Shown here: one piece after another, positions 1-13,328 of the stretch
How the letters are laid out: each line of letters begins with the position of its first letter
How positions within the stretch are numbered: the first letter of the stretch is position 1
Origin: the human T2T-CHM13v2.0 reference genome, Homo sapiens
Assembly: GCF_009914755.1 (NCBI RefSeq)
Contig: NC_060926.1
DNA: 64,000 nt
Direction: 5' to 3' (one strand)
Translations under genes and position numbers: made by a program
Notes under the pieces: generated by a model
What the model saw: only the letters and a program-made list of their open reading frames with translations
What the model was told of the DNA's origin: nothing
The model's database searches: none

Positions 1-403
1 CAATATAATTTATATAGCAGCAGAGTTTTATTTCCAACTTTAATTAGAATATATTCACCTTTTTTTTCCCAGCTTTCCCAGGGCTCCTTCTATGCGCCCC
101 CCCAGGCCTGAACAGCCTCTTTGCTTAAACCAGATCTTTCTTCCCCATCTTCTTAGCCTTCATCTTAATTAAAGTATGCTTTCCTTTGGCATACTTGCTA
201 AGAGCCCTATTTTTCCTTCTGATTTGCAATTTTGAAAATGAGGAAAATTCCTTTATGGTATTTAATTTTAGTCCTTTATCAGGCAGCTTAAACTCAATTC
301 CTATTGTTATTTTCTGAGTAGAAGTGGACAAAAGAATAGTGTTTTTAAGTGTGAAAACTTTTCTCATGGTTAAAGATTACTGTTAAAGTATTACTCAGTT
401 TCT

Positions 404-535
404 GCCAGGCATGGTGGCTCATGCCTATAATCCCAGTACTTTGGGAGGCTGAGATGAGAGTATCACTTGAGGCCAGGAGTTTGAGACCTGCCTGGTCAAC
501 ATAGCGAGACCCCATCTTTAATAATAATTTTTTAA
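404..535 (+). mobile_element. Alu monomer (FLAM/AluJ-like left arm)
   Basis: GCCAGGCATGGTGGCTCATGCCTATAATCCCAGTACTTTGGGAGGCTGAG...AGACCCCATCT followed by an A/T tail; degenerate TSD aaagtattactcagtttct / aaagtatcgcttattttct. Confidence 0.9.
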
Positions 536-3500
536 AAGTATCGCTTATTTTCTATGGGCAATTAAGATACAATTAATAAAGCAGAATTATTCTCTTTTAT
601 GGCTTTTGGCTAAGTTTTTATCACTATCTTCTGTTTTTATCCAAGCAGTATGCTAGCTGGCTATTTGCCTTTAATCTCTGAAGTGGCCATACTATACCAA
701 AGATGTGAACATCTTTAGGATGTAGAAGATTGAATAGGATGCAAAACTATTGAACAAATCTTACCAAGGTTGAAAAAAGTGAGAAGATGAGTCTTACTCT
801 TGAGAAAGTCAGATAATTTAATATCAAAACTTAATTTTATCTTTTTAATGTTTAAACTCAAGCCTAATGTGAATAGCGTATCATCTTTACTCTACTAATA
901 TTTTTAAATAAAAATATTTCTTACCTTGAAATTTCATCACAATACATTTTGCCAAATATGATCGACTCAAAATAACACTTTTGATATATGAAAAGAATAT
1001 GAAATATCAATTCCAGACAAGCCTATACCAGAGAAGGCAAATAGGTCTCATTTCATGCCAACTTCAATTGCTTGCTGCTAAGAAAATTATATTAAGAATG
1101 ATTCTAAGGCTGTCTCTAGGTTTAGAGGGAAGAGTGTTGTGATATCTGCCATGGGCAGGGCTGGAGAAGTAATGGCATAAATGTCTCTTTGAAATGTCTC
1201 ACCTATACTTCGGAACTCTAAATATATGAGATGGCATTTATGAGCTATACTTGTTATGTTTTAGGAATAACTTTTTTGTTTAAAAACAACCTTATAGTTG
1301 GTAACAAAGTTTCAGATATATTTTAATGTGTCTTAGTCTGAATTTTTAGTGTCCGTCTTTCTCTTTGGTTTAAATCTGAAAATCACTAAGTTATGGAACA
1401 CCTTGTAGATGTTCTAGTAAGTCATCTACATGGATGATAGTATAGTTGATCTCTGTAACATGGGAATGATGGCAACTTGTCATTCAAAATTTTTACAAAT
1501 TGGTGTTTATTACCTTGGTATCAATCCCTCAACTCTGCAGATTTTTTTTTTCCATTAAATTGAATCCATTTATCATGGGTGGACTCACACTAACCAAGGT
1601 CATAAAGTATATTTGTTAATTTCTACCGAGAACTTTAACTGGAATAGTGACAGAAAACTGTAGTTAGCCTGATTAGCTCATGATACTTGTAGTCTTTACT
1701 TGGGAAGCCAAATCTTAATCAAAATATGAAATTATTAACTTATAATAAGAAATATAGCTATCATTAGAACTGGAACAATCAAATCTACGTGACTGGTCCA
1801 TGACTTTACACACCTACATGGAAATTAAAGTCATAATGTTCTTTGTTAAGCATTAATTAGAACAAGGGGAATTAGATTAATTGAATCCAAGAATGTTTTT
1901 TTCAGTGGGTTTGGTTTTGGCCCAAACAGATTCTCCTGTGTACAAGTGCTTGGATGAGCATTGCCAAAATACTGCTTTCTAAGCCTTGTTTTTCCATTTG
2001 CATTTGATTGGCCAATTCCCCTTTTGATTGACACATTTAATAAAGCATGGTAATATAATTAATCAAATAGCAGCCAAGTCTGTCAGGCCTTTCTTTCATT
2101 CATCTTTAAAGGTGACTTTGCTCTCTACTGTGGTCCATTAGGCATTTAAAGTTTTACACTTACGAGGCATTCTTATCTTTCTAATTTCCAGGTTCTTGTG
2201 GGAAGCCTTACTACTTATAAATACTCAGAGTACATCGTATTAAAGAATTGTGTTTAGGCGTAATTTTTGTGAGTTACTCGAGAACTATTTAGCTATCTCA
2301 ATTGTTTAAAATACAGATAATACAGAGTGAGGGAGGGGAGAGATGGAAAAACGTTATGAGATGTGTTCAGTACAAAGAAAGTTTTTAATGGATGTTAATA
2401 TTCAGTAAAGTATTTCAGAAGTATACTGCTTTTCGTACATTTTTTGCTGCATGCTCTAGCTTTAGCCCTCAGACCTCCCATGCAGACAGCACATATGTTC
2501 AATGGGGCTGTGCTGTTACAGTTAGTGTCTAATGATGTGTGCTCTTAGTCTGTGGTAATATTCTCAGGGAAGCTGAATTAGACTCAGGATGTTACCTAAA
2601 AAGGACTTCATTGCTTACTAAAGATGTGTTTTTGTTTCTTTTTCCCACTTTATTTGATACTATGTTTCTAAGATTTATCTTTCTATAAACCACAACATTT
2701 TAAAAATTCTATTCTACTCAACCCTGAAAAACAAAAGCTGACCCAATCACCACAGTTTTATGTAAATGCATACTGTTAAGCAACACTCGGTCTTCTGAAG
2801 CAATCTCTAGTTGAGGAGCTCTAAGTATTTCTTAAGTACAGCTTCCAGTCTTTCATTTAATCAGAATTAGGGCTAAGGAGCAGAGAAGATGGCAGATTTT
2901 GAATTTTCTTCAATTCTGTGGTTCCTATATGCAATATGGGGCACATCATGAAGTGATTTTGTGTAACTGGTTGTGGTGACAACTTTTTCAAAAGGAAAAT
3001 TATCCCTATGTATGAAACTGTTATAATTGGGGCAAATTCACAGATACGGCTTTGGGACTTACTGCTTCTTCCTTATAGACTGGGGAGATTGACAAATAAT
3101 TTTTTTGACTAGAAAAATATCTTATTATGGTTAGTAAGATAAAACAAAACCAAAAAGTTCTATGTTAAAAATTATTAATAGTTATTTCTGAGTTTTGGGG
3201 TGGGAGGTGACCAAGGGAAGACTGTTGTATTTAAGAAGACTGTATTGGACTTGGGTCATTTTTGTTATGTAGCAGAAAACTGTTGGCAATATTTCAAGAA
3301 GGAGATGAGAAAAAGAGATCCCAATGTTATTCCTTGTGATTTGAAGTTAGAGAAAGCTTCCAGGAATGAGCAAGGAATCTCTGAGGAGGGCAAGTTAGAC
3401 AGGGAATGGGCTTGCTGGACAGAATGAGACAGATGTGGGAGTGGGAGTGAGTGGTGACAGAGGTAGTTCTGAATCTTTGAGGCAGTGGGTTCTGAAACTG

Positions 3501-3789
3501 ACTCCAACATTTTTGGGATCAGTTTTAATAATGGGAAGAGGTTGTATGTGTGAACCTGGATCTGGGCCCTAAGAACTGAAATATTTGGCACTTGGGCTTG
3601 TTAAAAATGATTCTTCCTTTATTGAGCATAACATGAGGGGTCACATTCAACTTTCAGAAAAGAGGACTCAGGCTCCAATTCTATGTTCTGTTTCTATCCT
3701 TTAGGGGTAGTTTTTCAACCTCAGAAAACATTTTCTGAGTTTAGGTTGTATTTTGCTTCCTTGAAATTTGTTTTAGTTCAGACATTTCT

Positions 3790-5150
3790 TAGAGAATTTT
3801 TGTTGTAACAGGATAGAGTTGGACTTTTCCTGCTAAGACCCTAATGATAAGGTTGAGTGTACAGTCAACCTTTTATGTTTTAAGGCATAAATTGAGGACT
3901 AGACTCTGCACCTGCTTGGGGCTTATTAAGAAGTAAAGAGGCTCTGCTGTTCCTAATCATCCCATCAGCACCAACTTTATCATTCTCTCTCCTCTCCTCC
4001 CTCCCAGAAGCAGATCAGAAGACTAGGGTGAAAAAAGCATTGGAGCTATGAGTCATTAGCCTAGAGGGAAAGGGCCGTGGTTTTTATTTTCTTTTCTTGA
4101 GGGGAAGAAGAGGGATACTCAGCACCCCAAAGCCAAGCGAGGGGACAGTTACGTATAATGATTTTTGTGTTCTCCTAGTTTGAAGTTTGCTTATGCTGTA
4201 GACTTGGTGATCTGCCCAGTGCCCATTTGAACAGGATAGACAATTGGAAAAAGAGTGCATGATGGGGTGAAGGGCAGTGGGGAGCAGCCTGCACTCTCAT
4301 GTTAGGCTTAGAAAGGATGCGTGAGTTTCTTGAGTCATGTGGGAAGCTAGCTGGGCCTTAGCCATCTTGACAGAAGCCTACCCAAGACAGCTTGCCACCA
4401 GGCAAGTATATCCTGGCAGAAAGAGGATGTAAAGTGAATTGTTCTCCAGGTTACACACTGAGGGAGCATTGGAAGAGGATAAACTGGAGACAGATTTTCC
4501 ACCTTATGAAACCACATTTACCTAATGAAAGAACCAGCATTTTAATGCCTGCCACACAGAGTTCATCAATATCCAGCTTTGGCCAAGAAAGGATAACAAC
4601 AGGGATCCAATAAGAAAGAGCCACTTGTCTCTTTTCAGCTTCTTCCTCCTTATCACAACAAGCCAGGACAAAGGGGCCTGGAAATGGGGCCGGGGGAGGA
4701 AGAATGAAAGATCAGATTACTTTCTTTCTTACTCTTAAGTCTTTCAGGCTAAGGCTTGGACACCACTTCAGGGGAAGGACGAAGTGAATTTTTAAGTTGG
4801 AAATTTCAAACTGGACTGGGCTATTTTATGCCTGAAAAAATGATCCAGAAAGGTCTTCAATCCTTCCAAGATGTCAGTTAGGAAATGACAGGGATGGGAA
4901 AGGTAGAATGGAGCTAGTACAGCTGAAGGCAGCAATGGGAGAAATATGAAATCCTTCAATGCCTTGTATCCTGTCTCCATCTAGAGCTGCCTAGCCCTTT
5001 GTGTTCCATTAAAGGCACTGTTTCATAAAACCCAAAACTTATCTTGATTCATGCCTATATGTTGACTGTCACCAGAACCTGACCTGTGTTCACTTGTAGG
5101 ACTGTGTGAAAGTGATTTAGGGAAGGAATGAAAGGAATTATAGAACCTAG
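3790..5150. mobile_element. Possible ancient LTR remnant (MamGypLTR-like)
   Basis: Purine-rich, higher-GC block; the motif AAGTTGGAAATTTCAAACTGGACTGGGCTATTTTATGCCTGAAA (~4794-4837) resembles recalled MamGypLTR consensus text. Boundaries uncertain. Confidence 0.3.
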
Positions 5151-8100
5151 TAGTCCCTGTTCAACTTGACTGCAAGTCCTCTTCCATGAGTAGAATACTG
5201 GTGCTGATAGGATGATACTCTGGAAGACTTACTACCACCAGTTCAAGGTGTTGTCCAAGCACCCAGATTGTTACAGAAGTAGGAGCTCCTGCCTTAGATT
5301 CTCGGTTCAGTTTCTTCCTGCCAAGGCCAGCTTTTACCCAGCAGTAATACCTTTCCACAGCTTGCAGTGGGGATAGACTCTTTCCTCAACTGCCTTATTA
5401 CTAATGGCCTAGACAAACAAACATTGCCCCGGGATGATTTTTGCACTCCAAATTGTGGTTAAGTAATATTCTGTTTATGTATCATAACTTTTTAATTTTT
5501 CCATGTAATTTACATAGTCCACTTAAAATTCTATTAGGAATATGTGTCATACTTTTCCCAATTTTGGACATTGAGGTGTTTTCTTCCTTTATAATTGTTG
5601 CTATAATTTTTGTGTACCTATTATTTTCTTTTTGTGAATTTTTAATTGCTTTATTTTAATTTTTGTGGATTATTTCTTCAACAGAATTTACTGGGTGTAA
5701 ACATTTAAACATTTTTAATAATCTTGAAATATGTCCACAATATATCTTTAAAAATATTTAAAAATTGTCATTTGCTATTTTCAAACTTTCCTATTCACCC
5801 CTATGAGATTAATCTTTTGAACACACTTTAAAAAAATCATTCTTGTTTTAAAAAGTTTTAATGGTTCCCATCATCTCTTCTTTTGAATGAGTTAAAACTA
5901 ATATTAATTTTTTATTCTGGCCTGGTTCCAAAAGTTCTTTTAATCCTTGTACCTACTACTTTCTAATGTGAAATCCTTGCTCACTGTCTTTAAAATATGC
6001 TACTTCAACATGTTTGCTACACTATTTCATCTACATGGAATGCCCTTTCTCCACTTTTAGGTTTCAGGAAATTCTATCTACTTATTAAGGTGTACTTTTC
6101 AAGAACATACTGTTTTTATAAAGTTTTACTTGCCCATTCCTGCCGTGTACAAACTTACTTCTCTCAGCTCTGAATATTTAAAGTACTTATTTTTTATGTT
6201 AACTTTTACCATCATTTATTTTGCTGTCTTGTATTGTAATTATAAAAGATTGCCTGAGATAAAATGCTCCAGATTGGACAAACAGAACAAAAACCAAACC
6301 AAACCAAAAAGACCCCCAAACACACCCACTTTGATGGGAACAGTAGAAGCTACAACAACTGTTATTTCAAAATGGATGCACTCTGTCTTGCAAGAAGAGA
6401 TAGAGATTTGAGCAATTCTAGGTGTACGTTCTTTATTTCGGGGAAAAAAATGGAATGGGTCCTTTAGTTGAAGTGGAACTCTTGCAACAATATACATTTT
6501 TATCCTGTAATAGTGCAGTGGCATAACCAGAAAAATATGTGATGATATTGCTATCTTGAGATAACAAGACCATTACATATGGTGAGTAGTATGGCTAAAA
6601 ATCTTACTCTCTAAAACTCTGAGTATGTATCTCTTGAATTATTTAACAAGAACCTGCAAGGGGTGGAGCATTATGCTGTTGTCTAAAATTTATGCGTGTC
6701 TAGGAAATGATGTCTGTATCTTGTGAGCACCAGGGATATTCTTACATTTACCTAAATTTTTGTATGCAGGGTAGAGGGAAGCCTGCCTTACTTCCTCCCT
6801 CAAATGTTCAAGCCTGAATGGAACCTCTCTGGCACTGGTATTTCATGCAGTATCAGCTCAGCTTGAAACAATGAAAGTAGCATATCTGATCACAAGCAGT
6901 TGATCCCCAGACATGTTTATTGATGGCACTATGAAGGAAAACAGCATACTGACATACAATACAAAGAAACTTGGCAGACTTTATAGTGGCAATTCAGTTT
7001 TGGCATTTATATTGGTAAAAACAGATTACAAGGCTTAGTGTAACTCAAACCTTATTTAAGCTTGCAAAATGTCTGATTTGATCAGTTGGCATTCCACTGA
7101 GAGCAACACCTCTATCTCTAGGAATTCCTCTTAAGCAGTTTACATTCATGTAGTGCCTGTGCTTTGCTTTAAGTGTGTTATGTAATCGAATCATTTTTAT
7201 TTTTTTCTGATTGACCCCATTCAAAAGATTCTACTGAGTCACCATGCCCATCAGCATAGTTTAAAAAAATTTAAATGAACAGTGACACTTAGTGGGTAGA
7301 AATATTCATTACAGTGCTCTTCCGTAAGAATCTCCATTAACACATCCCATGGTAATAAAGTAAATGATACCAAAATTTAGTCTTCTTGGCAAAGTAATAT
7401 ACAGTATTTGAAGTGTGTTGGTTTTGCAGCAGCTGTCATTCCATACCAATCCATTTAGTTAAAAAGCAAACAGGTGGCTCACACATATTGTTTTTACTAC
7501 ATAAATTTTTAAATTTTCTTCAGTCCTACTGAAATAAATGGGGCATTTTTGCTGTTGATTTCAGTTCACTAGAAAAAATATGTAACAATACAGTGGAGAT
7601 ATTATTAATAGCACTGTTCAAAGTGCATGCTTTCTTCTAAGCAGATATCTATTGACCCAAAATATGAACAAGTAACTTAAGTGAGACAAGTAAGTTACAT
7701 GGATACTTGTGAGACTGAAACAAAACAAAACAAACAAACACAAGATTAATGTGTCCCAATTAATTCCTTTGTTTTGGTACTATGGCACACAAGAAGTAAA
7801 ATTATAGTGAGGTTTTAAAAATATTTACTCCAAGATCAAGACTTTATTCCTTTAAGGTTTAGGTTAAGTTTTCCCTCAATTTTATTGCACTTATGGATTT
7901 ATTTTTGACCTTTAAGGAAGGCTTTGTGACAATAATTAGTGTTTTATTTTCTTGCAAAATGAAAGCATGTTATCTTGCCTGAGGTTAATGTGTTTTTAAG
8001 TCTCTTGAGGTGCTGCGGTTGGAAAGCAATTTAGAATATTGTCTTCTGCCAGCTTCACATACAACAGAGAGATGAGTGGAAAATATCTGATTAGTGGGTG

Positions 8101-8579
8101 TGACAAAATATGGCAAGACAGTTATGGAAATATATGTAAACTATGTTGTTTGACTTACATATTGGTTTTTTAAGAACCAAAACAAATACAATGAAAAACA
8201 TTTTTTGACAACTTAATTAGAGAGTGGGAAGAGGGAGGTGATACAGTAGTCTTTTACAAGTATAGCAAGAAGTCTCTTTCAAGTAAATTCAGTGTATAAA
8301 AAGCTGACTTTACAAAACAGATAAGTTATAGTGTGATTATGAGGTTTATGGAAGCATTTACCAAAGCCTGGAAGTAAATCATGTATCACTTAAAACATCC
8401 AAAACAATTATTTCGTTTAGATACTTTCCCAGTTGAGTGAATTGAGTGATTTAATAGCTTAATTCTCCACTCACTGGTTATATTGAACTCCCACTCCTTC
8501 TCTCAAATCCCCTCCCATTTGAATCCTCTCTCCCTGGTCAGTAGGGGATGATGCCTGTGGTCTCAGGGTAATATGGATT

Positions 8580-8740
8580 TACTCTTAACCCTTCATGTAC
8601 TGTACTGTAATTGCCTGTAATTGTCATCTCTCACAGATGACAACCTCCTTGAGGATTGAGGTTGTATATCTTATTCACTGTCTAGCATGTAGCACAGTGC
8701 CCAGCATATAATAGGTGCTCATTAAATATTTAATGTTTGT
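8580..8740 (+). mobile_element. L2 3'-end fragment
   Basis: TCTAGCATGTAGCACAGTGCCCAGCATATAATAGGTGCTCATTAAATATTT matches the L2 3' terminus pattern. Confidence 0.7.
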
Positions 8741-8979
8741 AGGTGCCAGAATGTTGGAATAGAGCTAGAGGGATGAGGCAAAGTGAAATTCCTTTCTAGT
8801 CCCTTGGGGACAAGGAGAACCCCCCCTGCTTGTGGGGCTTTAATTTGTGTTTGCCCAGGTGGGATAGTTTCCAGACTATTGATGTTTCTTTTTGCTCTTG
8901 ATAGCTTTGAGATATGGGTTTGGAGATCAGCCATCCTGTATAAAAGAAGCCATTCTGTTCCAGAGACCGTGTAGTTGGA

Positions 8980-9013
8980 ATTCAGCTTCAGATGGTATTC
9001 AGCTTCAGATGGT
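8980..9013. repeat. 17-bp perfect tandem duplication
   Basis: ATTCAGCTTCAGATGGT occurs twice back to back. Confidence 0.9.
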
Positions 9014-9119
9014 ATACAGATTCTTTAAATAATAATGCATTTAGACAGACTATGAAGGAGACTGTCTCTTCGTTTGAGAATGTGTAAAACAAAGTAATAT
9101 GATAAAAAGAATGTTGTAG

Positions 9120-9222
9120 ACCCTTTTGTAGTTCATGAGCATGATGATTGGGTGTTCACACACATGTGTGAAATGTGCCACCCTCAACCTTATTATGAGG
9201 TCAGCACATTACCCATCTGACA
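9120..9222 (+). pseudogene. SNORD13: U13 (SNORD13) box C/D snoRNA retrocopy
   Basis: ACCCTTTTGTAGTTCATGAGCATGATGATTGGGTGTTCAC...GCACATTACCCATCTGAC closely matches U13. Box C ATGATGA (9141-9147), box D CTGA (9217-9220), A-rich tail, degenerate TSD aagaatgttgta / aaaagtattgta. Symbol is the parent gene. Confidence 0.9.
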
Positions 9223-9728
9223 TGAAAGAAAGGAAAAACCAAGAAAAGTATTGTATTGAGAAATAGGACATTAGGCCTTGTTTCACTACTAACTCTGTAT
9301 TTAACCTTGACCTTATCATGTATCTCTTTTGTCTTAAATTTCTTTTAATTATTTTTGTTTTATTTATTTATTTTAAATTTTTTATAAATTTAGAGGGTAC
9401 AACTGCAGATTTCTTACATGCATATATTGCATAGTGGTGAAGTCTGGGCTTTTAGTGTCCCCATCACCCAGACAGTGAACATTCTACCCAATAGGTAATT
9501 TTTCAGCCCTCATCCCTGCTCCCGGCCTCCCACCTTTTGTAGTCTGCAATGTCTGTTATTTTACTCTGTATGTCCATGTGTCCCCATTGTTTCGCTCTCA
9601 CTTATAAGTGAGAACATGTGGTATTTAACTTTCTGTTTTTGAGTTATTTCAGTTAGGATTCTGGCCTCTAGTTGCATCCATGTTGCCAAAAAAGACATGA
9701 TTTCCTTCTTTTTTATGGCTGAGTAGTG

Positions 9729-9731
<3 letters not shown>

Positions 9732-9790
<59 letters not shown>
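9732..9790. repeat. Compound (TA)n(CA)n microsatellite
   Basis: Directly visible. Confidence 0.95.
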
Positions 9791-9791
<1 letters not shown>

Positions 9792-11018
9792 CACATTTTC
9801 TTTATTCAGTCCTCCATTGATAGACACTTAGGATGATTCTGTATCTTTGCGATTGTGAATCATTCTGAAAGAAGTGCAGGTATCTTTTTGATATAATGAG
9901 TTCTTTCCATTGGATATATACCCAGTAATGGGATTGCTGGATTGAATTGTGATTCCATTTTCAGTTCTTTGAGAATTCTTCATACTGTTTCCCATAAAGG
10001 TTTTACTACCTTATAGTCCCACCAACAGTGTATAAGCATTCCCTTTTTTTTTTCTACAACCTTGCCAACATCTGTTTTGGGTTTTTTTTTTTTTTTGACT
10101 TTTTTTAATAGTCATTCTGACTGGTATGAGATGGTAATTCATTGTGGTTTTTATTTGCATTTCTCTGATTAGTGATTTTAAGCACTTTTTCATATGTCTG
10201 TTGGCAACTTGTATGTCTTCTTTTGAAAAATATTTGTTCATGTCCTTTGCTCACTTTTTAGTAAAGTTATTTGGTTTTTTTCTTGTTGAGCTGTTTGAGT
10301 TTCTCATAGATTCTGGATATTAGCCCTTGTTGGATGCATAGTTTGCAAATATGTTTTCCAATTCTGTAGGTTTTGTGTTTATTCTGTTGATAGTTTCTTT
10401 TGCTGTGCAGAAGATTTTTGGTTTAATTAAGTCTCATTTGTCAATTTTTGTTTTTTACTTTGGATTTTGAAGACTTGATAACAAATTCTTTGAATAGGCC
10501 AATGTCCAGAAAAGTTTTTCCTAGGTTTTCCTGTAGGATTTTTATACTTACAGGTGATACATTTAGTTCCTTAATTTATCTTGAATTAATTTTTGTATAT
10601 GGTAAGAAGTATGAGTCCAGTTTTATTCTTCTGCATATGACTATCCAATTTTCCCAGCATCATATATTGAAAAGGGTTTCCTTTCCTGAGTATGTGTATA
10701 TATATATATATATTACTTTGTAGAAGATAAGTTGGTTGTAGGCTCATTGATTTATTTCTGGGTTCTCTATTCTGTTTCATTGACCTATGTGTCTATTTTT
10801 AGACCAGTACCATGCTGTTTTTGTTATTATGGCTGTGTAGTATTATTTGAAGTCAGGTACTATGATTTTTCCAGCTTTGTTCTTTTTGCTTAGGATTTGG
10901 CTATTTGGGCACTTTTTTGGTTTCATGTGAATTTTAGGATTGTTTTTTCTAATTCTGTGAAAAATAATGTTGGTAATTTGATAGAGATTTCATTGAATCT
11001 ATAAATAACCTTGGGCGA

Positions 11019-13328
11019 TGATATGGTTTGGCTCTGTGCCCCCACCCAAATTTCATCTTGGAGGTCTCATAATTCCCACATGTTGTGGGAGGGACCAGGT
11101 GGGAGATGATTGAATCATGGGGGTGGGTCTTTCCCATGCTGTTCTTGCGATGGTGAATGGGTCTCATGAAATCTGATGGTTTTAAAAACAGGAGTTTCTC
11201 TGCACAAGTTCTCTTTTTTGCCTGCTGCCCTCCACGTAAAATGTGACTTGCTCCTCCTTGCCTTCCGCCATAATTGTGAGGCCTCCTCAGCCATGTGGAA
11301 CTGTAAGTCCAATTAACCTCTTTCTTTTGTAAATTGCCGAGTCTTGGGTATGTTTTTATCAGCAGCGTGAAAATGGACTAATATAGTAAATTGGTACTGG
11401 CAGTGGAGTGCTGCTGAAAAGATACCTGAAAATGTGGAAATGGCTTTGCAGCTGGGTAATAGGCAGAGGTTAGAACAGATTGGAGGGCTCAAAAGGAGGC
11501 AGAAAAATGTGGGAAAGTTTGGAACTTCCTAAGACAGGTTGAATGGCTTTGACAAAAATTCTGATAGTGATATGAACAATAAGGTCCAGGCTGAGGTAGT
11601 CTCAGATGGAGATGAGGAACTTGTTGGGAACTGGAGCAAAGGTAACTCTTGTTATGTTTTAGGAAACAGACTGGTGGCATTTTGTCCCTGTCCTAGAGAT
11701 TTGTGGAACTTGGAACTTGAGAGAGATGGTTTAGAGTATCTGGCAGAAGAAATTTCTAAGCAGCAAAGCATTCAAAGGGTGACTTGGGTGCTGTTAAAGG
11801 CATTCAGTTTTATAAAGGAAGCAGAGCATAGAAGTTTGGAAAATTTGCAACCTGACAATGAGATAGAAAAGAAAATCCCATTTCTGAGGAGGAATCCAAG
11901 CCAGTTGCAGAAATTTGTATAAGTAACAAGGAACTGAATGTTAATTCCCAAGACAATGGGGAAAATGTCTCCAGGGCATGTCAGATGTCTTCATGGCAGC
12001 CCTTCCCATCAAAGGCCTGGAGGCCTAGGAGGAAAATGTGGTTTCTTGGGCCAAGCCCAGGGTCCCTGCACTGTGTGCAGCCTAGGGACTTGGTGCCCTA
12101 TATCCTAGCTACTCCAGCCATGGCTGAAAGGGACAAATATAGAGCTCAGGCTGTAGCTTCAGAGGGTGCAAGCCTCAAGCCTTGGCAGCTTCCACATGAT
12201 GTTAAGCCTGTGAATGCACAGAAGTCAAGAATTGGGGTTTGGGAACTTCCACCTAGATTTCAGAAAATGTATGGAAACTCCTGGATGCCCAGGCGGAAGT
12301 TTGCTCCTGGGGTGGGGTCCTCATGAAGAAACTCTGGTAGGGCAGTGCAGAAGGAAAACGTGGGGTGGGAGCCCCCATACAGAGTCCCTCCTGGGGCACT
12401 GCCTAGGGAGCCGTGAGAAGAGGGCCACTGTCCTCCAGACCCCAGAATCGTAGATCCACTGACAGCTTGCGCCATGTACCTGGAAAAGCCACAGACACTC
12501 AACGCCATCCCGTGAAGGCAACTGGGAGAGAGGCTGTACCCTGCAAAGCCACAGGGGTGAAACTGCCCAAGACTAGGGGAACCTACCTCTTGCATCAGCA
12601 TGACCTGGATGTGAGGCACGGAATCAAGGGAGATCACTTTGGAGCTTTAAGATTTGACTGCCCCACTGGATTTCAAACTTGCATGGGCCCTGTAGCCCCT
12701 TAGTTTTGGCCAATTTCTCCCATTTGGAATGGCTGTATTTACCCAATGTGTGTACCCGTATTGTATCTAGGAAGTAACTAGCTTGCTTTACATTTTACAG
12801 ACTCATAGGTGGACAGGATTTGTCTTGTCTAATGAGACTTTGGACTGTGGACTTTTGAGTTAATGCTGAAATGAGTTGAGACTTGGGGGACTGTTGGGAA
12901 GGCATGATTGGTTTTGAAATATGAAGATATGAGATTTGGGAAGGGGCAGGGATGGAATAGTATGGTTTGGCTCTGTGTCCCCACCCAAGTCTCATCTTGG
13001 AGATTCCATAATCCCCACATGTTGTGGGAGGGACCAGGTGGGAGTTGATTAAATCATGGGGTGGGTTTTTCCTGTGCTGTTCTCATGATAGTGAATGGTC
13101 TTATGAGACCTGATGGTTTTAAAAACGGGAGTTTCTCTGCACAGGCTCTCTCTTTTTTTTTTGCCTGCTGCCATCCACATAAGATGTGACTTGCTCCTCC
13201 TTGCCTTCTGCCATGATTGTGAGGCCTCCCCAGCCATGTGGAACGGTAAGTCTAATAAACCTCTTTCTTTTGTAAATTGCCCAGTTTCGGGTATGTCTTT
13301 ATCAGCAGTGTGAAAAAAGACTAATACA
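11019..13328 (+). mobile_element. Full-length THE1 (THE1C/D-like MaLR) provirus: LTR 11019-11385, internal 11386-12957, LTR 12958-13328
   Basis: Both LTRs begin T(GA/AG)TATGGTTTGGCTCTGTG and end CTAAT(AT/AC)A; internal begins GTAAATTGGTAC; purine tract before the 3' LTR; flanks ggcga / ggcag; broken MaLR internal ORF (NGFDKNSDSDMNNKVQAEVVSDGDEELVGNWSKG). Confidence 0.95.

Noticed and set aside
2192-2268. Exon-like segment (tttccag ... gtgagt)
   Set aside because: All three frames contain stops; a non-coding exon cannot be supported without transcript data.
6514-6581. Exon-like segment (taatag ... atg/gtgagt)
   Set aside because: Stops in all frames and a weak acceptor.
11539-12703. Cluster of 66-127 aa ORFs
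   Set aside because: Fragments and antisense shadows of the THE1 internal region.
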